A stretch of DNA of 64,000 nucleotides, from positions 64,231 to 128,230 of the forward strand of contig WRAI01000002.1 in NCBI GenBank assembly GCA_009780275.1, in the 5' to 3' direction. The DNA comes from Oscillospiraceae bacterium. Its GTDB lineage: Bacteria > Bacillota > Clostridia > Oscillospirales > UBA929. Both the position numbers and the translations under genes were made by a program. The number at the start of each line of letters is the position of its first letter. Position 1 is the first letter of the stretch. The notes below the pieces were generated by a model that saw nothing but the letters and a program-made list of their open reading frames with translations, was not told where the DNA came from and did no database searches. Below are positions 26,069-34,447 of this stretch, piece by piece.

Positions 26069-27121
26069 ATGCAAGAACAAATTATCACGTTATGTAGTGC
26101 GGCGTTACCAAAAATTGAATCAGCTGCGACCGTTGCCGAGCTGGAAGCCTTGCGCGTACAAGTGCTGGGCAAAAAGGGCGAATTGACAGCCGTATTGCGC
26201 GGCATGGGCGCATTGTCGGAAGCCGAGCGTCCGCTTGTTGGGCAAGTTGCTAACGAATGGCGCGAGAAGTTGACAAATTCCATTGCCGACCGTGCCGAAA
26301 TGCTGCAACAAGCGTTGCTGGCGGAGGCACTGGCAAATGAGACCATTGACGTTACCCTGCCGGGCAAAATGCCTGTGACAGGCCATAAGCACCCGATGTC
26401 GATTGTACAGGACGAGTTGGTCGATATATTCTTAGGAATGGGCTTCTCAGTCGCCGAGGGACCGCAGATTGAGTTTTCTCGTTATGTGTTCGATGCACTC
26501 AACTCACCGCTTAACCATCCCTCGCGTGACTTGCAGGACACATTTTATATCAAGGATGCGCCGATTGACGAAACAACGGGGTTTCCGTCAATGGTTCTGC
26601 GTACGCACACATCGTCAGTGCAGATTCGTGCGATGATGGCGCAACAGCCGCCCATTCGCATTATCAGCCCCGGGCGCGTGTATCGCAAGGATGAAGTCGA
26701 TGCCACGCACAGCCCCAACTTTTCACAAATGGAAGCCCTTGTGGTGGATAAGGGTGTGACAATGGCTGACTTGATGGGTACGTTAGAAGTGCTGATGAAA
26801 AACATTTTCGGCGAAGAAACCCGTACGCGATTCCGACCGCATCATTTCCCGTTTACTGAACCATCGGCAGAAGTTGATATTTCTTGTTATATTTGCGGCG
26901 GAGACGTTGGCTGTCGCGTTTGCAAGTACGAGGGCTGGATTGAGATGTTGGGCGCAGGCGTTGTGCATCCTGCTGTGCTGCGTAACTGCGGCATTGACCC
27001 GGAAATTTACAGCGGCTATGCCTTCGGCGTAGGACTTGAACGCCTAACGCTAGGGCGGTTTGCCATTGATGATATGCGCTTGTTATATGATGGCGATATG
27101 CGGTTTCTACGGCAGTTTTAA
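26069..27121 (+). CDS. pheS: Phenylalanine--tRNA ligase alpha subunit
   Basis: Full-length PheS pattern (LRTHTSSVQIR, FRPHHFPFTEPSAEVD, GAGVVHP). Confidence 0.92.
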   Translation: MQEQIITLCSAALPKIESAATVAELEALRVQVLGKKGELTAVLRGMGALSEAERPLVGQVANEWREKLTNSIADRAEMLQQALLAEALANETIDVTLPGKMPVTGHKHPMSIVQDELVDIFLGMGFSVAEGPQIEFSRYVFDALNSPLNHPSRDLQDTFYIKDAPIDETTGFPSMVLRTHTSSVQIRAMMAQQPPIRIISPGRVYRKDEVDATHSPNFSQMEALVVDKGVTMADLMGTLEVLMKNIFGEETRTRFRPHHFPFTEPSAEVDISCYICGGDVGCRVCKYEGWIEMLGAGVVHPAVLRNCGIDPEIYSGYAFGVGLERLTLGRFAIDDMRLLYDGDMRFLRQF

Positions 27122-27183
27122 TTGTCTTCTGCGAGCGGGTATTTCCCCCTCCTGCGCTACGCAACAACCTCCAAATTTAGGGG

Positions 27184-27212
27184 TTGCAATTTCCAAAACA
27201 CTATGGTATAAT
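27184..27212 (+). promoter_or_regulatory. Promoter of rpsT
   Basis: TTGCAA-17 nt-(TGg)TATAAT. Confidence 0.55.
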
Positions 27213-27266
27213 GCTTATCTGCCGTTTGTTTCAGCGGCAAATCTTTAAGGAAAGGTGGTGGTTGAC

Positions 27267-27521
27267 TTGCCCAATATCAAGTCTGCCAAAAAACGGGTGG
27301 CGGTGACCGCTGCCAAGACCGAAAAGAATCGTGCCGCGCGCTCGGCGTTGCGCACCACGGTGAAGAAAGCCAAATTAGCCGCACAGGCCGAGGAGAATCA
27401 ACTCACGCCGGAAGTATTCGCCGCAGCACAAAGCGACATCGATCGCGGTGTTGCCAAAGGTTTGATGCATAAGAACAAGGCAGCTCGCATGAAGAGCCAG
27501 TTGGCAAAAGTCGCAAAGTAA
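27267..27521 (+). CDS. rpsT: 30S ribosomal protein S20 (TTG start)
   Basis: (M)PNIKSAKKRVAVTAAKTEKNRA... is the canonical S20 N-terminus. AAGGAAAGGTGG RBS 7 nt upstream of the TTG. Confidence 0.9.
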   Translation: MPNIKSAKKRVAVTAAKTEKNRAARSALRTTVKKAKLAAQAEENQLTPEVFAAAQSDIDRGVAKGLMHKNKAARMKSQLAKVAK

Positions 27522-27565
27522 TAAGCTTCTTTGCTTTGCGCTAGGTTCGTTTTTTGCGCTTGACA

Positions 27566-27599
27566 ATCTCCCTGTCGAATGGCAGGGAGATTTTATTTT
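27566..27599 (+). terminator. Rho-independent terminator of rpsT
   Basis: atctccctg-N8-cagggagat followed by TTTTATTTT. Confidence 0.8.
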
Positions 27600-27628
27600 A
27601 CAAAAACGTATATTAAGGTGGTGTTTCT

Positions 27629-28648
27629 ATGAAAGAAATCGAAAAAATCATCGGCAAGGACTTTAACGGCGTTATCTCCATCAGCAAAGACGGACAATCC
27701 GTTTTCAAAAAGGCTTACGGATACGCCGACTTGCCAAATAAAAGACCCAATCAAACCGACACACGGTTTGCAACAGCTTCCGCAGGCAAGGCATTTGTCG
27801 CGGCAGCAATCATGCGACTGATAGAGGACGACAAACTTTCACTCGACAGTTGTATCGGCGACATTTTAGATTTTGACTTAAAAGAAATTTCCCAAAAGAT
27901 AACCGTCAAGCAACTGCTCAACCACACATCAGGCATTCCCGATTATTTTGACGAATCAGTGATGGAGGAATACGCAGAGCTGTGGATCAACTTTCCCAAC
28001 TATCGCGTACGCGCATCAACTGATCTTCTACCGCTCTTTATCGACAAGCCCATGATGTACAACCCCGGAGAAAAGTTTCAGTACAACAACACGGGATACG
28101 TCGTTTTAGGACTGGTGGTTGAGCAAGTCACGGGCGTTCCTTTTGATGAATTCCTGTCGAAAGCCATTTTCGAGCCGTGTGGTATGAGCGGTACAGGCTA
28201 TTACGAACTCGACCGCCTGCCCGCCTGCTGCGCCAACGCTTACATCCACGACGAGGCGCGCGACGAATACTATACCAACATTTACAGCGTCGACGCCAAA
28301 GGCACAGGTGCGGGTGGCGCGTTTACCACCGCCGATGATGTTGAGTGTTTTTGGACGCATCTCTTAAAGGGAGAGATTGTCAGTAAGGAAACCGCCGCGC
28401 AGATGCTCGCCCCACAAGTAGAGAGCAAAGAGTACGGTTTTGGCTTTTGGCTGGACGGCAAACTCCCCTACTTCCAGGGTAGCGACCCAGGCGTCAGCTT
28501 TATGTCTTCGCATGATGGCAATGGGCTGTTTGTCTGCGTTATCAGCAATTTGGGTGATGATGTTTGGGAGATACACGAGGAGATTTGTGAGGTGTTTGCG
28601 AATATGCAGCGCACAACCTGTGGTTGTTCATATCAAACCACATTGTAG
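27629..28648 (+). CDS. Serine hydrolase (beta-lactamase/PBP4*-type family)
   Basis: SxxK motif in ATASAGKAF, YNNTGY (YxN) motif. Confidence 0.8.
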   Translation: MKEIEKIIGKDFNGVISISKDGQSVFKKAYGYADLPNKRPNQTDTRFATASAGKAFVAAAIMRLIEDDKLSLDSCIGDILDFDLKEISQKITVKQLLNHTSGIPDYFDESVMEEYAELWINFPNYRVRASTDLLPLFIDKPMMYNPGEKFQYNNTGYVVLGLVVEQVTGVPFDEFLSKAIFEPCGMSGTGYYELDRLPACCANAYIHDEARDEYYTNIYSVDAKGTGAGGAFTTADDVECFWTHLLKGEIVSKETAAQMLAPQVESKEYGFGFWLDGKLPYFQGSDPGVSFMSSHDGNGLFVCVISNLGDDVWEIHEEICEVFANMQRTTCGCSYQTTL

Positions 28649-28758
28649 GGGCGAACTCTGTTCGCCTGCCGCATAGAAATAGCCCAAGTGCTATGATTTC
28701 ATCCTCACACGGGCGATTGATAATCGCCCCTATATCATCAAACGACCCCCTTCGCCCC

Positions 28759-29478
28759 CTACTCAAACTCATTCATAAACTTTCGAAACTTCAACGGCAC
28801 GAAATGCTGTTGGAGTTTTAGGTTTTTGCGCTGCGGATTGGCGAGGATATTGAAGTAGCCACGCCAAAGTTCAGTCATTTCTTTGTCTTCGGGAATCGGC
28901 TCGATTTCGCCCGGCGGCAACGGCATGATTTGCCATTCATCCGGCGACGACACCACCGCCAAACGCCGTCGCAAATCACGGATAATCAGCCGTGAATCAC
29001 AGTAGCGTTCGTGGAAATGCTGCCCAATCAACGGCAGAATATGATAGTCCGGCTCGCAATCGGCAATCCACAAATTATCGTGAACGTGGTGCAACCGAAG
29101 TATCCCGATGAGCTTGCCCGCCTGTCCCCCCACCTTGCGCGCCGCGTCCTGCAATTGCCAAACACAACGAATTTGCCGCAACGGCAGCGGTGATTTTTTC
29201 GTGGAAAAACCCAAGCGCAAGACCTCTAAAATCACATCTTCAATGTTGGGTAGCTGGCTCAAAAAAGCATTGTAAACCAGGCCTGGCAACTCGCCGTCAA
29301 GCTTTTGCATCCCCGCCGTAACGCGGTCGGCTTTCGCCGTATCGGTAACAACTTCAACACAGTCAAACAGCGTTAACTCGTCGTTTCGCCCTTTTGCACG
29401 GATGCTGTGCTCGCCATGATACGCGTCAAAAATGGCGGTCAACAATCCGTCAAAGGTATCGTCATACAGCAAAACCAT
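28759..29478 (-). CDS. TIGR03915/DUF4130-like probable DNA-metabolism protein (partner of the radical SAM protein)
   Basis: Start at MVLLYDDTFDGLLTAIFDAY, the typical N-terminus of this family. Overlaps the upstream gene end by 17 nt. Confidence 0.75.
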   Translation of the reverse strand: MVLLYDDTFDGLLTAIFDAYHGEHSIRAKGRNDELTLFDCVEVVTDTAKADRVTAGMQKLDGELPGLVYNAFLSQLPNIEDVILEVLRLGFSTKKSPLPLRQIRCVWQLQDAARKVGGQAGKLIGILRLHHVHDNLWIADCEPDYHILPLIGQHFHERYCDSRLIIRDLRRRLAVVSSPDEWQIMPLPPGEIEPIPEDKEMTELWRGYFNILANPQRKNLKLQQHFVPLKFRKFMNEFE

Positions 29479-30874
29479 GAGCTTGTTGCGGCAATGCCGC
29501 GTAAGGTGCATTGCCATCAATGCGCCGTATTGAATTGGATGGCGGCAGACTATCCGCCAGCGAGGGTTGTTCGTACAGCAGCGCGCCGCGGGTGTCACGC
29601 CCTATGATTACTTTTGGCGCGTCTTCATGCGCCGGCAACGCTTTTGGCGCATCAAACATCGATGTCTGCTCCGGGTCACGCAGGTCGCTTAACACATCGC
29701 GTAAAAACGGGCTGTCGGGCTGCAATTTTCCGCAAAATTTACCCGCCGCTGTCAAGAAATACTGCGCACGCTTCATCACAACGCCCAGCTTTTTGAGATG
29801 ATCCCACTGTACGGGCGCAAGCCGCCGCGCGGCAATGATTCTGTCGGCCGAAATTTGCCCCAAGCCGGGAATACGCATCAACATTTCACGGTCGGCAGTA
29901 TTGATTTCGATGGGGAAATGATGAATATTGCGCAACGCCCACGCCGCCTTAGGGTCGACCGCCATGTCAAGGTTTGGGTGGCGATCGTCAGCCAAATCGC
30001 TCGGTTCAAATCCGTAGAATCGGAACAAGAAGTCAGCCTGATACAACCGATGCTCACGCAACAACGGCACGGGCACATCAGACACGGGCAAAATCGGATG
30101 GTTGCCTACCGGCAAATACGCCGAATAATACACCCGCCTCATTCGCATCTTTTGATACATCGCCCGCGCCAAGGTCATGATGGTCAAATCGCTGTCCGGC
30201 GTCGCGCCGACAATCATCTGTGTCGACTGTCCCGCCGGCGCAAATTGCGGCGCATTGCGAAATTTCTTGCCGTCTTCAAGCGCTTGCGCGTTGGCTGTCT
30301 TAATCAGCCGCATGGGTTCAATGATAGCCTGCGGCTTCTTTTGCGGCGCAAGCAATGCCAGCGAGTTCGCCGACGGCAACTCAATATTACACGACACACG
30401 ATCAGCCAGCAGTCCAAGCCGATGAATCATCAACGCCGACGCCCCCGGAATAACTTTGAGATGAATATACCCCGCAAACTGTTCGCGCAGCAACGTTAAT
30501 GTGCGCTCCATCAACTCCATAGTGTAATCGGGGTTCTTCACCACACCACTCGACAAAAACAAGCCCTCAATATAATTGCGGCGATAGAACCCCAGTGTCA
30601 GTTCACACAGTTCTTCGGGCGTAAATGTTGCGCGCGGCACATCGTTGCTGACACGGTTGTGGCAATAGGCGCAGTCGTAAATGCAAACGTTTGACATCAA
30701 GACTTTGAGCAGCGACACACACCGCCCGTCGGCTGTCCATGAGTGACAAATACCACCGTTCGCCGTCGAGCCGACCTTGCCCTTTTCCTTGACACGTTTG
30801 CTCCCCGAAGAAGCACAAGACACGTCATACCGCGCCGCTTCTCCAAGGATTAGAAGTTTTTCTTGTACTGTCAT
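29462..30874 (-). CDS. Putative DNA modification/repair radical SAM protein (TIGR03916-like)
   Basis: Start at MTVQEKLLILGEAARYDVSC (AAGGAG RBS). CIYDCAYC is CxxxCxxC. C-terminal helix-hairpin-helix in LMRIPGLGQISADRII. Confidence 0.85.
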   Translation of the reverse strand: MTVQEKLLILGEAARYDVSCASSGSKRVKEKGKVGSTANGGICHSWTADGRCVSLLKVLMSNVCIYDCAYCHNRVSNDVPRATFTPEELCELTLGFYRRNYIEGLFLSSGVVKNPDYTMELMERTLTLLREQFAGYIHLKVIPGASALMIHRLGLLADRVSCNIELPSANSLALLAPQKKPQAIIEPMRLIKTANAQALEDGKKFRNAPQFAPAGQSTQMIVGATPDSDLTIMTLARAMYQKMRMRRVYYSAYLPVGNHPILPVSDVPVPLLREHRLYQADFLFRFYGFEPSDLADDRHPNLDMAVDPKAAWALRNIHHFPIEINTADREMLMRIPGLGQISADRIIAARRLAPVQWDHLKKLGVVMKRAQYFLTAAGKFCGKLQPDSPFLRDVLSDLRDPEQTSMFDAPKALPAHEDAPKVIIGRDTRGALLYEQPSLADSLPPSNSIRRIDGNAPYAALPQQAHGFAV

Positions 30875-30921
30875 GGGAATGCTCCTTTCAGTCACAGGGT
30901 AGGAGTGCGCAATGTGCACCC

Positions 30922-31515
30922 CTACTCATTCCTAATTGACAAAGCTCTTTCTAGTTTACTCAGCGGCTGTCTTGCTAAACCGTACCGCGCAATGAATATG
31001 CCTGTTAAGGCTTGCAACTTTGTCACGTCGCCGCTTAATAATTCCAATTCTAATTCGCAAATAGGTGCGAATTTTGTGCCAATTATGATTTCGCCGATAT
31101 CAATCGCCAATTCCGCGCTCAAAACACCCAGGATAATCACACCATGCGTGCGTGTGAAATTGATTTCACAAATCGGCAACAACTCCTCAACTTGCAATCC
31201 CTCTGCCGGTGCGCCCAATGCCGCCAATTTCGGCAGCGCACCAGCAATTTCGGTAGCCTCACATTGCCATTCGTTGCGAATGTCGATGTTCTCGGTTCCC
31301 GTTTTGAGCGCAACGCGATAGACGTCACCCTCACGCCGCACACGCAACGCCCATTTCCGCTGTGCCAATAAACCATCGGCTGTGTCATAATAAATGGCAC
31401 GATGTTGTGTTTCAACAAACGGCGTGTCAATCAAATCAAGCAACCACGGATCGCGCAAAATCTGCGCCGCATCAAAGCCGTCGGGCAACTGCAATTTTGT
31501 TTCAATTTCCAGCAT
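30922..31515 (-). CDS. CYTH-domain (triphosphate tunnel metalloenzyme) protein
   Basis: Start at MLEIETKLQL (ExExK signature, GAGGTGG RBS). About 197 aa with alternating acidic/basic beta-strand pattern (ELELEL near the C-terminus). Confidence 0.75.
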   Translation of the reverse strand: MLEIETKLQLPDGFDAAQILRDPWLLDLIDTPFVETQHRAIYYDTADGLLAQRKWALRVRREGDVYRVALKTGTENIDIRNEWQCEATEIAGALPKLAALGAPAEGLQVEELLPICEINFTRTHGVIILGVLSAELAIDIGEIIIGTKFAPICELELELLSGDVTKLQALTGIFIARYGLARQPLSKLERALSIRNE

Positions 31516-31537
31516 AAACACCACCTCATTTGTACAC

Positions 31538-31566
31538 ATCATATCATGCGAACATTTGTTTGTCAA
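31538..31566 (-). promoter_or_regulatory. Sigma-A promoter of the CYTH/rSAM/DUF4130 operon
   Basis: Minus strand TTGACA-17 nt-TATGAT, about 20 nt upstream of the RBS. Confidence 0.5.
31549..31562. promoter_or_regulatory. Candidate LexA (Cheo/SOS) box in the promoter spacer
   Basis: CGAACATTTGTTTG, 12/14 matches to the Firmicute consensus CGAACATATGTTCG (GAAC-N4-GTTT). Confidence 0.5.
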
Positions 31567-31575
31567 TAGAAAAAA

Positions 31576-31604
31576 TTGACATTCCTTTAAATTTCGGGTA
31601 TACT
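31576..31604 (+). promoter_or_regulatory. Divergent promoter for the zinc-ribbon membrane protein gene
   Basis: TTGACA-17 nt-TATACT. Confidence 0.45.
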
Positions 31605-31627
31605 ATTTTAAAATAACCCTACGAAGA

Positions 31628-31636
31628 GGGGGGGGG
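31628..31636. repeat. G9 homopolymer forming the RBS region of the 31645 gene
   Basis: gaagaGGGGGGGGGatacgcccGTG. The tract ends 8 nt before the GTG start. Confidence 0.95.
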
Positions 31637-31644
31637 ATACGCCC

Positions 31645-32637
31645 GTGAGATGTAACATTTGTACAGCGACAATATCTGAACAGGCCACTGTTTGTCCTTG
31701 GTGCGGGTCGACAGTCGCCCCACAACAACCAAGCGGCATGCCGCATGAGCGTAACAGCCACCCTCGGCAATATGCCCCGCCACCGCCAATCGCTACACAA
31801 CCCAGGAATGATAGCCGCCCCAAAGCATCTGGCTATCAGTTTTTCGACCCTCGAAAGCGGCTCTGCGTGCCCAAGCCTTTATCGATACCGCACCCTCAAC
31901 AACAGGCTATGATCGCCCCATGTACTCAGCAACAAACACAAACTCATTTGCCGCAAAATATTTTCGGCATTCCGTCACAGATGACACATCAACCTCAAAC
32001 GATGCCGCCGCAGGTGCACACTGCCCCGCACGATATGCCGCATCAGATGCCGCACCTTGCTGCGCAACACGCCCCCTCCCCGACAATGCCGCCTACGCGT
32101 GACAGCGAGGCTTTGTTGCAAACTATGCCGGCATCTCAAACACTTGAACTTACATCTAACACCAACCAAAGCGAACAAGATACCGGTGTGCCGTCTACAC
32201 CGCTCAGTGATACCATCCTCCATGCATCGCCCGACCTCGGTGCGGCGGCCGGCAATATCAAACAAATAACAGGTGCATTGCCCGACCTTTCAGATCATCT
32301 TAACAAGCCTGAGGTGATTCAAGACGCGCCTCTTTCTTTTACGTTCCAGCCTTCCGAAGGCTCTGACACTGCAACATTTGAACCTGCTCTCAGCTACGGT
32401 TCACCATCCGGCGAAACGACGCTGACGGTTTGGTTTGCTGTGATGATGGTATTGCTTGCATGTGTTCCCGTTATCGGGTTAATTTGCGCTGTGGTTTGGG
32501 GATTGAAAAGCCACGATATAGGTAAGCGTACACTGGGTCGCGCACTTGTTATCGTACATTTACTGGCATTGTTGGGCGCCATTGCATGGTTTTTGGTTGG
32601 TATCGTGAGCAATCCTGTCGCAATGATACATTTTTAG
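31645..32637 (+). CDS. Zinc-ribbon protein with a P/Q-rich linker and C-terminal transmembrane helices
   Basis: CNIC...CPWCG N-terminus, low-complexity PQ region, two hydrophobic helices at the C-terminus. GTG start. Confidence 0.65.
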   Translation: MRCNICTATISEQATVCPWCGSTVAPQQPSGMPHERNSHPRQYAPPPPIATQPRNDSRPKASGYQFFDPRKRLCVPKPLSIPHPQQQAMIAPCTQQQTQTHLPQNIFGIPSQMTHQPQTMPPQVHTAPHDMPHQMPHLAAQHAPSPTMPPTRDSEALLQTMPASQTLELTSNTNQSEQDTGVPSTPLSDTILHASPDLGAAAGNIKQITGALPDLSDHLNKPEVIQDAPLSFTFQPSEGSDTATFEPALSYGSPSGETTLTVWFAVMMVLLACVPVIGLICAVVWGLKSHDIGKRTLGRALVIVHLLALLGAIAWFLVGIVSNPVAMIHF

Positions 32638-32638
32638 C

Positions 32639-33778
32639 ATGTGGGCTTTATTTTCCGACGCTTTCGCGCCCATTGTTGACGGCGTATCAGTGCTGACTGC
32701 CGGATATGCCGAGTATTTGCAATGCAACGACGACTGCGTAGTTGTTGCACCTAAAGCACCGCACCATGTTGACAATTATCCTTACCCCGTTCTACGCGTT
32801 CCATCGCTCAAAACGAGCAAGGCAATCGGCCCGTATCGTTTAGCCACACCCATTGCAATGCGCACCATCGCCAAACTCAAAAAAATGCCATTACGGTTGG
32901 CGCACTGTCACAGCCCCTTTTCGCTGTCCCTTTTGGCTAAAAAAACGGCGCAATCATGCAAGATCCCCTCGGTCTACACCTATCATACTAAGTACGCGCA
33001 GGACTTTGAACGCACTGTACCGGAAAAATTCCGAACATTTATGCAAAATTTTGTTGTCCGGCGCATTTCCTCTTTCGATGAAGTGTGGGCCGTTTCGCGA
33101 GGCGCAGCCCTAGATTTGCAAAACTTGGGCTACAACGGTGATATACATATCATGCGCAACGGTTGCACCATGCCAACTGAACCGGTAGAGGCGTCGTTGC
33201 TTCAGACCGTCAATCGCACCCATCACTTGCCCGAAAATGTACCCATATTTCTCTTTGTCGGGCGTATGATTTGGTATAAGAAGATTCGACTGATTCTCAA
33301 TACATTAGCGCAATTGCAAAAAGACGGGCGTGATTTTCGTATGCTCTTTGTGGGAAATGGTCAAGACGAAAAGGAGATTCAAAATACCTGCCGCGCCATG
33401 GGCTTAGCTCAACATGTTATCTTTGTTGGCGCGGTGCGTGACCGCGAACTGCTGCGGGCATACTATGCGCGGGCTGACGTATTTTTCTTCCCGTCTGATT
33501 TTGATACCAGCGGATTGGTCGTGCAAGAGGCAGCGGCGTTAGCGTGCCCCGGCGTGGTGTTGCGCGGTAGTTGCGTTGCCGAAGGCGTAACACATGGGCG
33601 TAACGGCTTGCATATTGACGACAATGCGGCGCAAGCGGCACGAGCCATTTCCGAATTACTGAACGCACCGCAGAAATTGCACGATATGGGCATATTAGCA
33701 CAACGAGAAGTTTATTTCAGCTGGCAGGATGCTATGAATGAAGTGATGGCGCGATATGAGAAAATAATCGCACGCTGA
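32639..33778 (+). CDS. Glycosyltransferase family 4 (GT-B)
   Basis: FSDAFAPIVDGVS N-terminus. FFFPSDFDTSGLVVQEAAALACP is the E(x7)E region. Confidence 0.85.
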   Translation: MWALFSDAFAPIVDGVSVLTAGYAEYLQCNDDCVVVAPKAPHHVDNYPYPVLRVPSLKTSKAIGPYRLATPIAMRTIAKLKKMPLRLAHCHSPFSLSLLAKKTAQSCKIPSVYTYHTKYAQDFERTVPEKFRTFMQNFVVRRISSFDEVWAVSRGAALDLQNLGYNGDIHIMRNGCTMPTEPVEASLLQTVNRTHHLPENVPIFLFVGRMIWYKKIRLILNTLAQLQKDGRDFRMLFVGNGQDEKEIQNTCRAMGLAQHVIFVGAVRDRELLRAYYARADVFFFPSDFDTSGLVVQEAAALACPGVVLRGSCVAEGVTHGRNGLHIDDNAAQAARAISELLNAPQKLHDMGILAQREVYFSWQDAMNEVMARYEKIIAR

Positions 33779-33814
33779 CAATGGCGTCTGCGGACGCAGG
33801 ACGGGGATACGACC

Positions 33815-34444
33815 ATGAAAAAGATAGAACTTGCCGCTGCTGTTGTTGAGCGCCTTGCTGCGCGTTATCCCGACGGGCTTTGCTCATTGCAATACGAGCA
33901 TGACTACCAATTGCTCTTTGCTGTGCGGCTGTCGGCACAATGCACCGACGCACGAGTCAATACCATTACACCAATTCTATACGGTAGGTATAAATCGCTT
34001 CAAGCTTTGGCCGAAGCCGATATTGCCGACATAGAAGCCATTGTCAAGCCCTGCGGTTTTTTTCGCACCAAAGCAAAGGATATTGTGCTGGCCGCACAGA
34101 TATTAATAGAGCGGCACAATGGTATTGTGCCAGACAATATGGATGACTTGCTCGCCTTGCCCGGCGTAGGGCGCAAAACGGCGAACTTAATCCTCGGCGA
34201 TGTATATGGACAGCCTGCCATTGTCGCCGACACACATTGCATACGAATCTCCAACCGCTTAGGATTGTGCAACAGCAAAGACCCGGCAAAAGTTGAACAA
34301 CAGTTGAAAAAAATCGTCACGCCGGACGCACAAAACGACTTATGTCATCGTTTCGTATTGTTCGGGCGCGAGGTCTGCGTGGCACGACGAGCGAAATGTG
34401 ATATTTGTGAGTTAAGTGATATTTGCATAAAGAAAGGAATTTGA
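33815..34444 (+). CDS. nth: Endonuclease III
   Basis: LLALPGVGRKTANL HhH-GPD motif, catalytic D in ADTH, C-terminal Cx6CxxCx5C Fe-S cluster. Confidence 0.92.
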   Translation: MKKIELAAAVVERLAARYPDGLCSLQYEHDYQLLFAVRLSAQCTDARVNTITPILYGRYKSLQALAEADIADIEAIVKPCGFFRTKAKDIVLAAQILIERHNGIVPDNMDDLLALPGVGRKTANLILGDVYGQPAIVADTHCIRISNRLGLCNSKDPAKVEQQLKKIVTPDAQNDLCHRFVLFGREVCVARRAKCDICELSDICIKKGI

Positions 34445-34447
34445 CCC

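Noticed and set aside
27213-27266. Hairpin GCCG-N9-CGGC in the rpsT leader as an S20 autoregulatory structure
   Set aside because: The stem is too short and weak to support by eye. Mentioned only for completeness.
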